A stretch of DNA of 64,000 nt from Bacillota bacterium (GTDB taxonomy: Bacteria > Bacillota > SHA-98 > Ch115 > JABLXJ01): assembly GCA_013178125.1 (NCBI GenBank), contig JABLXJ010000001.1:326538-390537 (forward strand), written 5' to 3'. The first letter of the stretch is position 1; the number at the start of each line of letters is the position of its first letter. The translations under genes and the position numbers were made by a program. The notes beneath the pieces are model-generated. The model was not told the DNA's origin and ran no database searches. It saw only the letters and a list, made by a program, of their open reading frames with translations. This document shows positions 1-10,112 of this stretch, piece by piece.

Positions 1-1
1 T

Positions 2-2533
2 AAGGGCAAATATGACGTGGTGGCTGACATGAAAGGCCCGCTCATGGACGAGATTGTAAGGGCCAAAGAGGCTTTGAGAAGTCTTTCGGGTGTCAAGGCC
101 GGGCCGGTGGCAGACCTGAGAGGGGAGTTATTCGGACAGCTTGCAAGGGCTCAATCGCTGCTTAAAGGGCTGGATGATATGATAGCTAGGCCCAGGGCCA
201 CGCTGATAGACCGGGTGTCCAGTGCAGCCGGTTGGATCGGTTCCAAGCTACGCGGCCTCACAGGCAGAGTGTGGACAGTGACCATCCGGGCCAAGAATAT
301 GGTGACTGGAGCTATCAGTGGGATTATGCGGGCCGTGACTTCGCCGCTCGGGATGCTCGGTATCGGTATTGGTGGCGCGGCGGTTACAGCGGCGGCAGTA
401 GTTAAACCGTTACAGTTAGCCGGGCAGATGGAGCAGGCGAAGATAGGCTTCGAGACGATGCTAAAGTCCGGGGAAAAGGCCGACAGGTTTCTAAAGGACC
501 TACAAAGATTCGCGGCCCTCACACCGTTTGAGTTTCCGGAACTCCAGGACGCCTCCAAACGTCTTCTGGCCTTTGGATTCAGTGCAAAAGAGATACTTCC
601 CACTATGACGGCTATTGGGAATGCGGCTTCCGGCCTTGGGATAGGCGCTGAGGGCATTGACAGGTTAATCCTTGCTATTGGTCAGATGAGGGCCAAGGCC
701 AAGGTATCGGGCGAGGAAATGAGGCAGTTGACTGAGGCCGGTATCCCTGCCTGGGATATGCTAGCGAAGGCGATGGGCAAGAGCACCGCCGAGGTCATGA
801 AGATGTCCGAGAAGGGCCTCATTCCTGCCAGCAAGGCCATTGATATTTTCATCAAGGGCATGAATGAGCGATTTCCAAACATGATGGCGCGGCAGTCGAG
901 GTCTCTCCTGGGCCTGTGGAGCACGATAAAAGATGTTTTCAACATGGGTATCGTATTTCGCTGGGGCGACGGCTTAAGCAGGGCTGTTAAGCCCAGGATG
1001 GAGCGGTTGGTTGATCTCTTTACCCGGAACGAAGATGTAACCAAGCGCTGGGGAGACACTTTAGAGAAAGTAGCATTCCGGGCCGGAGATAGAATCATGA
1101 CATGCCTGGAGCGGGCCTTCAATATGATTGATCGTCTGCTCAAGGACCCAAGATTCCAGAAGGCTGACCTATTCGGGAAGACACAGATTCTATGGAGCGA
1201 AATCATAGTTAAACCTTTCGATAGATGGTGGGCTTCGGGTGGCAAAGAGTGGGCAACAAGGGCCGGAACCTCAATTGCCCAGTCTATTATGAAAGGCATT
1301 TTAGAAGTTGGCTCGAGTAACCCGCTCATGGGTGCTATCATAGGTAAAGCTATTGGAGGGTTACCGGGTGCCGCTGTGGGTGCCGGTTGGGGCCTCGGAG
1401 GTTATATCGGTGAAAAGGCTAGAAAGTTGATAGATAAAGCGTGGGCGCCACGTGAGGCCGAACGGTATAAGACGTGGGAGGAAAGGACACGAGACCTCCA
1501 GGAGAAATTGAAGGGCCAGGAATTGGTAATGCGGCCTGCATATGGTCAGGGTGCGATAGTGATGCGTCCACAGTTCGCCCTTGTCGGCGAAGCAGGCCCG
1601 GAGGCGATAATTCCTCTGACCCGTGAGCGGGAAAGGGCTTTAAGATTGTGGACCGAAGCCGGAAGGTGGCTGGGTGCGAATAGAGCGACTGGCATTGCGG
1701 CTGAAGAGCCTGCCCTCCGTGCGATAGAAGGCGGTATGTCGCAGAGGGTCAAGCAACTGCCGGTAGTGCAGGATGCTCAAAAGGCTACAGGCTGGCTGCA
1801 TGGCCTGGTATCTCGGGTAGCGGCGACGTTTAGGGTTCCCGTGGCCCTTTTAAGAGGGCTAATCCAGGCCGAGAGCAGTGGGAGAGCTGGAGTGGTTTCC
1901 CGTGTAGGCGCTATCGGGCTTACTCAAGTAATGCCTTCCACAGCCAGGAGCCTGGGCTATGAACCAGCGCAGTTGAGGACGCGGCCTGACCTACAGGTAG
2001 AGGCTGGAGCTAAATATTTGTCTCAAATGCTGAGGCAGTTTGAGAGTGTCCCGCTTGCGCTTGCGGCATACAATGCCGGGCCAAACGCGGTGAGGAGATA
2101 TAAAGGTATACCTCCATACCCTGAGACGCAGGCGTATGTAAAGAGGGTTATGAGTTTTGCTAAGTCCTACGGGCTGCCTGGTTATGCAAAAGGAACGATA
2201 GCCACAAGGCCGCATATTGCAAGGGTGGCTGAGGAAGGCCCGGAGGCGATAATTCCGCTTACTCCTCGTTTCCGGTTGAGGGCTTTGGAACTCTGGCAGG
2301 AAGCTGGGCAACATCTCGGAGTTAAAGGGTTCAAGGATGGAGGGTTTACGACTTCGCTGGCTGTCGGACCTTCTAAGGGCGGGTCGAATACTACTGTTGT
2401 CCACATTCACATGGGCGAAGCAGTCAAGACGATCCAGGTCAACTCCAGAGCCGATGCTGGCAAGGTTGCAGACGAGGCGGCAGGGATAGTGGCGAGGAAC
2501 CTTCGGGCTGTCCTGGAGAACTTAGCGAGCTAA
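2..2533 (+). CDS. phage tail tape measure protein with lytic transglycosylase (SLT) domain; 5' partial
   Basis: Frame is open to the window start. SLT motifs GLTQVMPSTA and AAYNAGPNAVRRY; two 28-aa internal repeats (GPEAIIPLT...); first gene of the tail module. Confidence 0.8.
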   Translation, partial: KGKYDVVADMKGPLMDEIVRAKEALRSLSGVKAGPVADLRGELFGQLARAQSLLKGLDDMIARPRATLIDRVSSAAGWIGSKLRGLTGRVWTVTIRAKNMVTGAISGIMRAVTSPLGMLGIGIGGAAVTAAAVVKPLQLAGQMEQAKIGFETMLKSGEKADRFLKDLQRFAALTPFEFPELQDASKRLLAFGFSAKEILPTMTAIGNAASGLGIGAEGIDRLILAIGQMRAKAKVSGEEMRQLTEAGIPAWDMLAKAMGKSTAEVMKMSEKGLIPASKAIDIFIKGMNERFPNMMARQSRSLLGLWSTIKDVFNMGIVFRWGDGLSRAVKPRMERLVDLFTRNEDVTKRWGDTLEKVAFRAGDRIMTCLERAFNMIDRLLKDPRFQKADLFGKTQILWSEIIVKPFDRWWASGGKEWATRAGTSIAQSIMKGILEVGSSNPLMGAIIGKAIGGLPGAAVGAGWGLGGYIGEKARKLIDKAWAPREAERYKTWEERTRDLQEKLKGQELVMRPAYGQGAIVMRPQFALVGEAGPEAIIPLTRERERALRLWTEAGRWLGANRATGIAAEEPALRAIEGGMSQRVKQLPVVQDAQKATGWLHGLVSRVAATFRVPVALLRGLIQAESSGRAGVVSRVGAIGLTQVMPSTARSLGYEPAQLRTRPDLQVEAGAKYLSQMLRQFESVPLALAAYNAGPNAVRRYKGIPPYPETQAYVKRVMSFAKSYGLPGYAKGTIATRPHIARVAEEGPEAIIPLTPRFRLRALELWQEAGQHLGVKGFKDGGFTTSLAVGPSKGGSNTTVVHIHMGEAVKTIQVNSRADAGKVADEAAGIVARNLRAVLENLAS

Positions 2534-2549
2534 GGAGGGAGACGGGCTA

Positions 2550-3182
2550 ATGGACTTCTATTTTTTGGCGGAGGGTTCAACGTTCCGGCTCCCTGTGAAT
2601 CCTGAAGAGGTCACGGTCGAGGGCGAGAAGCAGATAGAGACAGTAAATGTAATCAATTTAGGAGAGATAGACTTCCCGACAGGAGACAGGCGGACCGGAA
2701 TTCGGTTCGCCTCATTTTTCCCTGCTCATTATGATTCGGGCTATTGCAGATATGCGGACATTCCAGACCCAAAAGAGGCTATCAATCAATTGATAGACCT
2801 GCGGACAGAGGGCAAGCCGGTAAGGTTTTTGGTGACTGAGACTACCATAAATACCTTGGCGTTGGTAACCTCAGTGAATTACACCATTAAGGGTGGAGAA
2901 CCCGGTGATATTTACTATGAGGTGTCCCTTCGGACATGGAGAGACGTCAAGGTGAGGACGGCGGCGCAGCCTGCAGAGAAGAGAGAGTCCAGGCCGAGGC
3001 CGGACACAAAGCCAGTGCCGAAGGTGTATATCACAAAAGAGGGTGACAGTCTCTATAAGATAGCGAAACTCCAATTGAATGATGGGAACCGGTGGCGCGA
3101 CATTTACTCCGCGAATCGGAAGGTCATAGGTCCTGATCCCAACAGGCTGCAACCAGGAACTAAGCTGGTGATGCCTAAATGA
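2550..3182 (+). CDS. phage LysM-domain protein (XkdP-like)
   Basis: C-terminal LysM motif YITKEGDSLYKIAKLQLNDGNRWRDIYSANR; position directly after tape measure. Confidence 0.7.
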   Translation: MDFYFLAEGSTFRLPVNPEEVTVEGEKQIETVNVINLGEIDFPTGDRRTGIRFASFFPAHYDSGYCRYADIPDPKEAINQLIDLRTEGKPVRFLVTETTINTLALVTSVNYTIKGGEPGDIYYEVSLRTWRDVKVRTAAQPAEKRESRPRPDTKPVPKVYITKEGDSLYKIAKLQLNDGNRWRDIYSANRKVIGPDPNRLQPGTKLVMPK

Positions 3183-4129
3183 TTGAGGTCGTCCTTGCGA
3201 ACAGGTATTATCTCGGTGACTTGCTGGAGGAGGCTACCCTGGCAGACAGTCTCGCAGAGATAGCATACCGTGGCGAAATTACCTTGGTTGTTACTCCTGA
3301 CTTACCAGTGATTGCGCCGGGCCAGGAGATCAGGATAAGCGGTCCTCACCCAGTCTCAGGTAACATGGTGGTCCTGCTTGATGGCGTGGTCTGGACCGTG
3401 GAGAGCAGGACGCGAGGGCAGAAACATGTCACGGTTACGGTCTATGACCGGACGATTTACTTGGATAGGTCGGAGGATGAATACCTCTTCCCGGCAGGCC
3501 AGACAGCCACGGCGAGGTTGAAACGGTATACCGCTGACTGGAGCATTCCGCTGGGCCGGGTAGTAGATACAGGTGTGGCCCTCGGGAAGGCTGTTTACAG
3601 GGCGCAGACGATATTCAACATGCTCTGGACGGATCTCAAAGAGACGGCAAGGCAGGGCGGGCTATACCGGGCGCGGATGGCTGGGAAGCAGTTGGAGCTT
3701 GTGCGGCTCGGGAGTAATAGCACGGTCTGGCAGTTGGAGACCTTCGAGGAGGTTGCCCAGTCTCGCACCCTGGAGGGCGCGGTGACGAAAGTTAAGGTTT
3801 TGGGTGCGGCGATAGAGGACACGAAGTCCTCCGTGATGGCCGTGGAGACTGGAGAAACAAAGCTGGGCACTCTCCAGAGGGTGATTCAAGATGAGCAGAT
3901 AACTACCCAGGGTATGGCGAAGGCGGCGGCAAAGGCGCTACTTACAGGGATTCAAGAGACGGTTACTGTTACCGGCCCTGATATCCCGACAATACGGGCA
4001 GGAGATAAGGTTACGTTGAATGGTGCCTCCTGGCTTGTGACTACTGCCCAGCACTCCCTGGGAGATCCGGGCCACATGACCCTGGACCTGGCGTCAGAAC
4101 AATACATCAGGAGGCGGTACTATGCCTGA
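3179..4129 (+). CDS. phage tail/baseplate protein (XkdQ-like)
   Basis: Size and position in tail module; start overlaps the upstream stop. Confidence 0.45.
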   Translation: MIEVVLANRYYLGDLLEEATLADSLAEIAYRGEITLVVTPDLPVIAPGQEIRISGPHPVSGNMVVLLDGVVWTVESRTRGQKHVTVTVYDRTIYLDRSEDEYLFPAGQTATARLKRYTADWSIPLGRVVDTGVALGKAVYRAQTIFNMLWTDLKETARQGGLYRARMAGKQLELVRLGSNSTVWQLETFEEVAQSRTLEGAVTKVKVLGAAIEDTKSSVMAVETGETKLGTLQRVIQDEQITTQGMAKAAAKALLTGIQETVTVTGPDIPTIRAGDKVTLNGASWLVTTAQHSLGDPGHMTLDLASEQYIRRRYYA

Positions 4130-4592
4130 TGCAATGACTGAGTTAGCTGTTGAACTCCAGCGGATGGCAAGGCAGGCCTCCTCACAAGCTATCGCAGGGC
4201 TGGCGTCTGAACTAGGGACTATTACGGCGAAGGGTGTAAAGCTGGATAGATACAAACATGAATTCACAGACCCGCTAGTTCTGGAGCCGGTGATAGACCT
4301 GGATATAGAGCTTACTCTTAAAGTCCCTAAACACGATGAAACTGGGCAGATCGTGCTACCGGCTATACCGACTCAGGCCCATAGTCCTACAGTCGCGGGA
4401 ACGTATACGGTGACTTATAAGTTCGATGATTGGATTTACAATGCTGAGGAGAAGCCGGAGAAGCTTATAAAGATCACTAAGGCCCGGATAAAACACAAGC
4501 CGGAGTATAAACCCGGCGACAGGGTTATATGTGCCCTGGTTAATGGAGGTCGGGACGTGGTGATCATATCGCGGGTGGTGCCTTATGCCTGA
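4122..4592 (+). CDS. phage baseplate-associated protein (XkdR-like)
   Basis: Overlapping translationally coupled ORF in tail module. Confidence 0.35.
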   Translation: MPDAMTELAVELQRMARQASSQAIAGLASELGTITAKGVKLDRYKHEFTDPLVLEPVIDLDIELTLKVPKHDETGQIVLPAIPTQAHSPTVAGTYTVTYKFDDWIYNAEEKPEKLIKITKARIKHKPEYKPGDRVICALVNGGRDVVIISRVVPYA

Positions 4593-5037
4593 ACAGTTAT
4601 TTCCGGTTGATGAGCCGGAGATTGAGCCGGCGGGAACAGAAGAGCGCCAGGTTTCCTTTGGGAGATCGTGGCGCTTCGATTTTGATAAGGGCGAATTCGT
4701 CCTTACTCCTACGGGCCGGGTAGCAGAGAGTGAAGGCGCGGATGCGTGGCTTGAATGGTGCCAGAAGGCCCTTATGACGGCTCGGTATAGGTATATGGTC
4801 TATTCCCGTTCTTACGGCCAGGAATTTGAGGAATTGATCGGCAGGCACCTGACCAGAGAGGCGAACGAAAGCGAGATCAGGAGAATCGCCACGGAATGCC
4901 TTATGGTGGACCCCCGGACAGCTAGCGTAGGGAATTTCACTTTCCAGTGGGACGGGGACACAGTGTATTTCACCTGTGAGGTGTCGAATGTCCGGGGTGA
5001 AACAGGGACGGTGAGCGGAATGGTGGTGATTCAGTGA
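4585..5037 (+). CDS. phage baseplate protein (XkdS-like)
   Basis: Overlapping translationally coupled ORF in tail module. Confidence 0.35.
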   Translation: MPEQLFPVDEPEIEPAGTEERQVSFGRSWRFDFDKGEFVLTPTGRVAESEGADAWLEWCQKALMTARYRYMVYSRSYGQEFEELIGRHLTREANESEIRRIATECLMVDPRTASVGNFTFQWDGDTVYFTCEVSNVRGETGTVSGMVVIQ

Positions 5038-5921
5038 TGGCGGAGCTTACTCAGCGTCTGGAAGATCATAGTCTACAGATTGCTAGACAACGTGCTGCAT
5101 GGACAGCAGAGGAAGACGACATTTTACGTGAATGCTATCCGACAACAGAAGCTGCTGAGCTAGCCCAGAGGCTAGGACGGTCTACTTGGGCAGTGATAAT
5201 TAGGGCCAATCGTTTAGGCATTAGGAAGGATTGCGATTGGCTCAGGAGCTATCATGTGCGTCAGTGTGAAGACAAACGGATTGACTTTTTTAGGCAAGAT
5301 TATTTCTCCCAACCACTTACACCAGATAGCGCATACTGGCTTGGTTTTATTCAGGCTGATGGTTCCATTGACCTTTATGGTGGGGCGAATGCCTTAAAAG
5401 TCCAGTTGGCTGAATGTGATATTGCTCATTTGCGGTTGCTAAAGAATGATTTAGGGACTTCACGAGAAATATTGAAAGGAAATCCAGGTCAAGTAGTACT
5501 TAAGGTAAACTCACGGAAAATGATAAGCGATCTCTTGAAGCTTGGGATTATGCCGCGCAAGGCATTTACTCATACTTATCCCAAAATCACGGAGCCTCAA
5601 TTGGTATCGCACTATATCCGTGGCATATTTGACGGAGATGGATGTATTGCGGTCCGGCGACGTAAGGGAGTATATGATCCCATATTCAATATTGCGGGCG
5701 GAAAAGACTTCTGTAAGTGGGCATTGGAAATTATAAGACAACATGCTGGTATTAGGGGTGGGGGGATCAGCAAAGATCCCAACTCTGACAAAACCTGGCA
5801 CATTCAGATTTGCGGGTATCAGCAGGTTAAACGGGTTTATATGTGGCTCTATTTCGGTGCTACGCGTTGGTTAGCAAGAAAACGGGAGAAGTTTGAGTTG
5901 ATGTATGAGGGGGTGGGCTAA
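5034..5921 (+). CDS. LAGLIDADG-family homing endonuclease (free-standing, inside prophage tail module)
   Basis: Two LAGLIDADG-type motifs (YWLGFIQADGSI and IRGIFDGDGCI); N-terminal HTH-like region; visibly AT-richer than flanking phage genes. Confidence 0.7.
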   Translation: MMAELTQRLEDHSLQIARQRAAWTAEEDDILRECYPTTEAAELAQRLGRSTWAVIIRANRLGIRKDCDWLRSYHVRQCEDKRIDFFRQDYFSQPLTPDSAYWLGFIQADGSIDLYGGANALKVQLAECDIAHLRLLKNDLGTSREILKGNPGQVVLKVNSRKMISDLLKLGIMPRKAFTHTYPKITEPQLVSHYIRGIFDGDGCIAVRRRKGVYDPIFNIAGGKDFCKWALEIIRQHAGIRGGGISKDPNSDKTWHIQICGYQQVKRVYMWLYFGATRWLARKREKFELMYEGVG

Positions 5922-7013
5922 ATGGCAGAGTTGCCTCCTTATTTGGAGGACCAGACATATGAAGCCATACTGCAACGCATGCTTAATGCCTTACCCCCTG
6001 ATATATCAAAGGCCGAAGGGGATTTTATTTGGGATTCGCTCTCCCCGACTGCCATTGAGCTTGCCCTGGCTGCCCTTTGGGCGCAGGAGGTTCTACGGAG
6101 AGGGTTCGCCAGTACTACCTTTGATCAATACCTTGATATGCGCTGCGGTGAGCATGGAGTTATCAGGCGGCCTGCGGTGAAGGCCACAGGGAAGGTGAAG
6201 TTTACCGGCACAGCAGGTGCTGTAGTCCCTTCTGGGATCAGGGTGGCGACTCCTGCCGATCCCACGACAGGTGCGCAGTCTGTAGAGTTTATAACTACAG
6301 AGAGTGTCACCCTGGATGCCAATGGTGAGGGCTTTGCCGCAATAGAGGCTGTCGAGGCCGGCTCTGGCGGGAATGTGGTGGCAGGTGCAATAAGTGTTTT
6401 GGTGGCTCCGGTGACTGGTGTAAATGCGGTGACTAACCCTGAGCCGACAACCGGAGGGATTGATACTGAAAGCGATGAGTCCTTGCTTAACCGCTATTAT
6501 CTCAAGGTCAGGACTCCTGCCACAAGCGGGAATAAGGCGCATTACATGAACTGGGCGCTGGAGGTACCAGGTGTCGGTGACGCGAAGGTCATTCCGCTCT
6601 GGAATGGTCCTGGAACTGTAAAGGTTTTGGTCGTGGACAGCGAGAAACAGCCTGCCAGCCCTGAGCTTGTGGCCGCTGTGGCGGAGCATATCGAGGAAGA
6701 AAGGCCGATAGGAGCGGCGGTAACTGTGGTGGCTGCAACAGGTGTCACGGTTTCGGTGACTGCTACAGTAACCCTGGATACCGGATATATCCTCAATGAT
6801 ATTCAGACAGAGTTTGTAAAGAGACTCAGGGATTATTTTGCGAGTATTGCCTTCAGGCAGACGTATGTGAGCTATGCACAGATAGGCTCGATCCTTCTGG
6901 GCATTCCTGGAGTGATGGATTACTCCAGCCTCCAGGTGAACGGAGGGACCGCAAATGTGACTCTTGGGGATGAAGGGGTTCCGGTCCTGGGAACCGTGAC
7001 GCTGAGTGTCTAG
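5922..7013 (+). CDS. phage baseplate J-like protein (XkdT-like)
   Basis: Size, N-terminal region and position before tail-fibre genes. Confidence 0.6.
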   Translation: MAELPPYLEDQTYEAILQRMLNALPPDISKAEGDFIWDSLSPTAIELALAALWAQEVLRRGFASTTFDQYLDMRCGEHGVIRRPAVKATGKVKFTGTAGAVVPSGIRVATPADPTTGAQSVEFITTESVTLDANGEGFAAIEAVEAGSGGNVVAGAISVLVAPVTGVNAVTNPEPTTGGIDTESDESLLNRYYLKVRTPATSGNKAHYMNWALEVPGVGDAKVIPLWNGPGTVKVLVVDSEKQPASPELVAAVAEHIEEERPIGAAVTVVAATGVTVSVTATVTLDTGYILNDIQTEFVKRLRDYFASIAFRQTYVSYAQIGSILLGIPGVMDYSSLQVNGGTANVTLGDEGVPVLGTVTLSV

Positions 7014-7026
7014 GCGGGTGGTTTGA

Positions 7027-7449
7027 ATGAGTTACCCTCAGGCGGTAGACCAATTTATTACGAAGCTGAACCGACGGGCTATCCCATATGTGATCCAGGA
7101 TGAAGTCATAATGCTAAATGATGGTTTGGGTGAGAGTTTCCTTGCCCATGACAATGTAAAGACTGACACTCTGGAGGTCTGGACTGGACCTGGTAAGACT
7201 GGCGTAAAGATTGTGACCTACACCATTCGGTCCCCAGGGGATACTCCATGGAAAACCTTGCTCCGGGTAATGGCTCCGGTTGAAAAGGTATATGTCACTT
7301 ATGAATCTTTGGGGGATCAGGTGGAAGCCGAGGATATGAACACGGTGCAAAGCAGCCTTGTGGCGACACAGACGGAGCTCGAACGGCATAAGGCCGATCT
7401 TAACTGCCATATAGAAAACGGAGAAATAGACGGAGGCAGCTTCGTGTAG
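7027..7449 (+). CDS. hypothetical phage protein
   Basis: ORF in tail module, no recognised motif. Confidence 0.4.
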   Translation: MSYPQAVDQFITKLNRRAIPYVIQDEVIMLNDGLGESFLAHDNVKTDTLEVWTGPGKTGVKIVTYTIRSPGDTPWKTLLRVMAPVEKVYVTYESLGDQVEAEDMNTVQSSLVATQTELERHKADLNCHIENGEIDGGSFV

Positions 7450-7467
7450 ATGGAGGGGTGAGACAGA

Positions 7468-8493
7468 ATGCCTCAGATAATCAAGATTCGGCGCGGGACT
7501 AAAGTGGAACTTGTCGCACGCGGAGCATTGGCCAGTGGAGAGCTCGGGTTCTGTACCGACACGAAAGAGGTCTATATCGGTGACGGTACGACGAACATCT
7601 TCGTAGGCCGGGCCATGTCGGGAACCTACGTAAACCGTCCCAACGCCTCAGTGCCAGGCAGATTCTACTACGTGACGTCAGGTGAGAATGCGGGATACCT
7701 GTATATCGATGACGGAACGACCTGGCACCGGGTCAATGCCCAGGCTCTATCTGATCTCACCGGCACCATTGACGATATCGCTGACGGCGCGACCTATGCA
7801 AAAGTCCTCAAAACCGATGTTTCCGGAGGGCACGTGAACAAGGTTTCGGACGGCACAAATACCAAGACCGCGGCGGAGATCGCGGGACACATAAATAACG
7901 TGACCATTCACCGGTTAATTAATGATAGCGGTACCGGCCCCACAGACCTGTGGTCAGCTCAGAAAATCAGGAACGAAATCGAGCTTGCAAAGCACAACAT
8001 CGAACCGCAGGCGAGCGTGAAGGACCAGCACTTAACCACGCCACCCTCAACACCAGCTGTTGGGGACAGGTATATAGTTCCTGCCGGTGCTACTGGGGCA
8101 TGGGTCGACAAGACGAATCAAATCGCCGAATGGAATGGTTCCGCCTGGGACTTTTATACCCCTCAGATAGGTTGGACCTGCTACGTCGACGATGAAGAGA
8201 AGGTCTACTCCTGGAACGGGAGTGCGTGGGTGAGGACAGGCGGAGCTCTCCAAACCATCGTGGCAGGGGCAGGCCTCACCGGTGGGGGTCAAGCTGATAC
8301 AGTTACTCTCAACGTGGGCGCAGGTAACGGAATCGTGGTAGACCCTGACTCGATCTCCGTAAAAGCCTACAATGGGATCACGGTCGACGGAAATGGTGTG
8401 GCTGCAAACATTGACGGGGTTTCCATCGTGTATGACGCGGCCAATGGCAACTGCCTGATGGTGGCCGCGGTGGATGGTGGAACGTTCGCATAG
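7468..8493 (+). CDS. phage tail fibre protein (paralogue 1)
   Basis: Conserved tail-fibre N-terminal motif IKIRRGT...ELGF.TDT...IGDG; RBS present. Confidence 0.6.
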   Translation: MPQIIKIRRGTKVELVARGALASGELGFCTDTKEVYIGDGTTNIFVGRAMSGTYVNRPNASVPGRFYYVTSGENAGYLYIDDGTTWHRVNAQALSDLTGTIDDIADGATYAKVLKTDVSGGHVNKVSDGTNTKTAAEIAGHINNVTIHRLINDSGTGPTDLWSAQKIRNEIELAKHNIEPQASVKDQHLTTPPSTPAVGDRYIVPAGATGAWVDKTNQIAEWNGSAWDFYTPQIGWTCYVDDEEKVYSWNGSAWVRTGGALQTIVAGAGLTGGGQADTVTLNVGAGNGIVVDPDSISVKAYNGITVDGNGVAANIDGVSIVYDAANGNCLMVAAVDGGTFA

Positions 8494-8504
8494 GTGGTGA
8501 TAGC

Positions 8505-9473
8505 ATGCCGAGGAAGGTACTCATCCAGATTCGCCGGGGGACGGAGGCCGAGCTGTCGGGCATTACCCTTGCTCCAGGGGAATTGGGGTTCACGACTGAT
8601 ACCAATAAGCTCTTCATCGGTACGACCGCGGGGAACGTTCTACTGGTCAACGTCTCCACGGCTGGTGATATGCTCAAAAGTGTCTACGACACCGATAATG
8701 ACGGCAAGGTAGACGCGGCTGAGGTGGCGGATAGTACTCCATGGGCAGGGGTAACGGGGAAACCCTCAACATTCCCGCCATCGGCCCACAAGAGCACCCA
8801 TGCTTCTGGGGGTAGCGATGCGCTTACACCGGGAGACATAGGGGCGGTAAATAAAGCTGGGGATATGATAACCGGTCCGATAGGGTTTCGTATCGGCAGT
8901 GCTAATCCTCGCTATCACCAAAACGTGGCGGCATACGAGTGGTCAACCAGTAGTGCGGCAGGAGCCTTTGTAATTGAGACCCCAATAACTGCTGCCTCCG
9001 AAAATGTTATGATGCGGTTATTAATAGAGGGATACTTTTATGATAGCACTTCGCCATTTTTTCTAATAGTAGGGGGATATATTTATGCATCCGGACCGAG
9101 TTTCTATAACTATGGTTACATTAATCTGAGTAAGAAACGCCCACTTGTGCGATGGGGACGTAATATAGCTACAGGCAAGGTTGTGCTGATCATTGGTGAT
9201 GTTGGAGACGTTTACTCATATCCTAAGTTATGGGTATCGCTTTTGGAGGGGCATAGTTCGAGCGATAATCACAGAACTGGCTGGACTATCACTCAGAAAA
9301 CTGACCTAACTGGGTATGATTTACTTACAACGGTGCTTGATGTGGGGGCCTTCTGGCACGCAGGCAACGACGGTTCTAATTCGGGTCTAGACGCTGACCT
9401 GCTTGACGGTCAGCACGCCTCGGCTTTCATGCCCAAAGGTCCTGTCACCTGGAACCAGCTAGCCGGGGTTTAG
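8505..9473 (+). CDS. phage tail fibre protein (paralogue 2)
   Basis: Same N-terminal motif (IQIRRGTEAEL...GELGFTTDT); C-terminal LDADLLDGQHASAF tail-fibre motif; AT-richer C-terminal half. Confidence 0.6.
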   Translation: MPRKVLIQIRRGTEAELSGITLAPGELGFTTDTNKLFIGTTAGNVLLVNVSTAGDMLKSVYDTDNDGKVDAAEVADSTPWAGVTGKPSTFPPSAHKSTHASGGSDALTPGDIGAVNKAGDMITGPIGFRIGSANPRYHQNVAAYEWSTSSAAGAFVIETPITAASENVMMRLLIEGYFYDSTSPFFLIVGGYIYASGPSFYNYGYINLSKKRPLVRWGRNIATGKVVLIIGDVGDVYSYPKLWVSLLEGHSSSDNHRTGWTITQKTDLTGYDLLTTVLDVGAFWHAGNDGSNSGLDADLLDGQHASAFMPKGPVTWNQLAGV

Positions 9474-9485
9474 GGGGTGAGGTGA

Positions 9486-10103
9486 TTGGACTATGGCGAA
9501 CTGATATACGGGCAGGCCGGGTATGGAGATAATGAAACTCTTAAGCCCGAAGACTTCCGACCCGACTTGATGGAGTATCTGCCTCCTTACTACCGGACCA
9601 GCAGGGTAATGACCGCGATTCAGAATGTGATTGCGAACGAGATAGGGCTGCTAAGGCAGGTCCTATTTAGCGTTCTGGATCAGTTCTTTGTAGATAGGGC
9701 GACTTGGGGCCTCGAGATATGGGAGAAGGAATTAGGTATCCCGGTAGACCCGACCAAGCCTGATGACTTCAGACGGTCAGTGATCAAGTCTAAGATCCGA
9801 GGGGTAGGGACCGCTACCGTTGACCTTATAAAGCAGGTGGCGGCGGCCTTCTCTGGCGGAGAGGTTGATGTAATTGAATACCCGGCGGAATACTGTTTCG
9901 TGGTGAAGTTTATCGGGACGAGAGGTATCCCGCCCAACCTAAATGATCTTACGGATTCGATTGAGCAGGTAAAACCTGCTCATCTTGTTTTTTCGTATGC
10001 TTATACTTATCTGGTATGGCAAGAGGCTTTGACATATATCTGGACGGAGGCAAGCGGGATGACCTGGGACCAATTCAGGGTGGCAAAGCCAAACACTCAG
10101 TGA
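9486..10103 (+). CDS. phage tail protein (possibly XkdU/DUF2313-like)
   Basis: Position in tail module; family assignment from weak motif memory only. Confidence 0.35.
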   Translation: MDYGELIYGQAGYGDNETLKPEDFRPDLMEYLPPYYRTSRVMTAIQNVIANEIGLLRQVLFSVLDQFFVDRATWGLEIWEKELGIPVDPTKPDDFRRSVIKSKIRGVGTATVDLIKQVAAAFSGGEVDVIEYPAEYCFVVKFIGTRGIPPNLNDLTDSIEQVKPAHLVFSYAYTYLVWQEALTYIWTEASGMTWDQFRVAKPNTQ

Positions 10104-10112
10104 CGAGGAGAG

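Noticed and set aside
151-1341. Reverse-strand ORFs (151-657, 682-1341) inside the tape measure gene
   Set aside because: Lie entirely within a well-supported + strand gene in GC-rich DNA; shadow ORFs.
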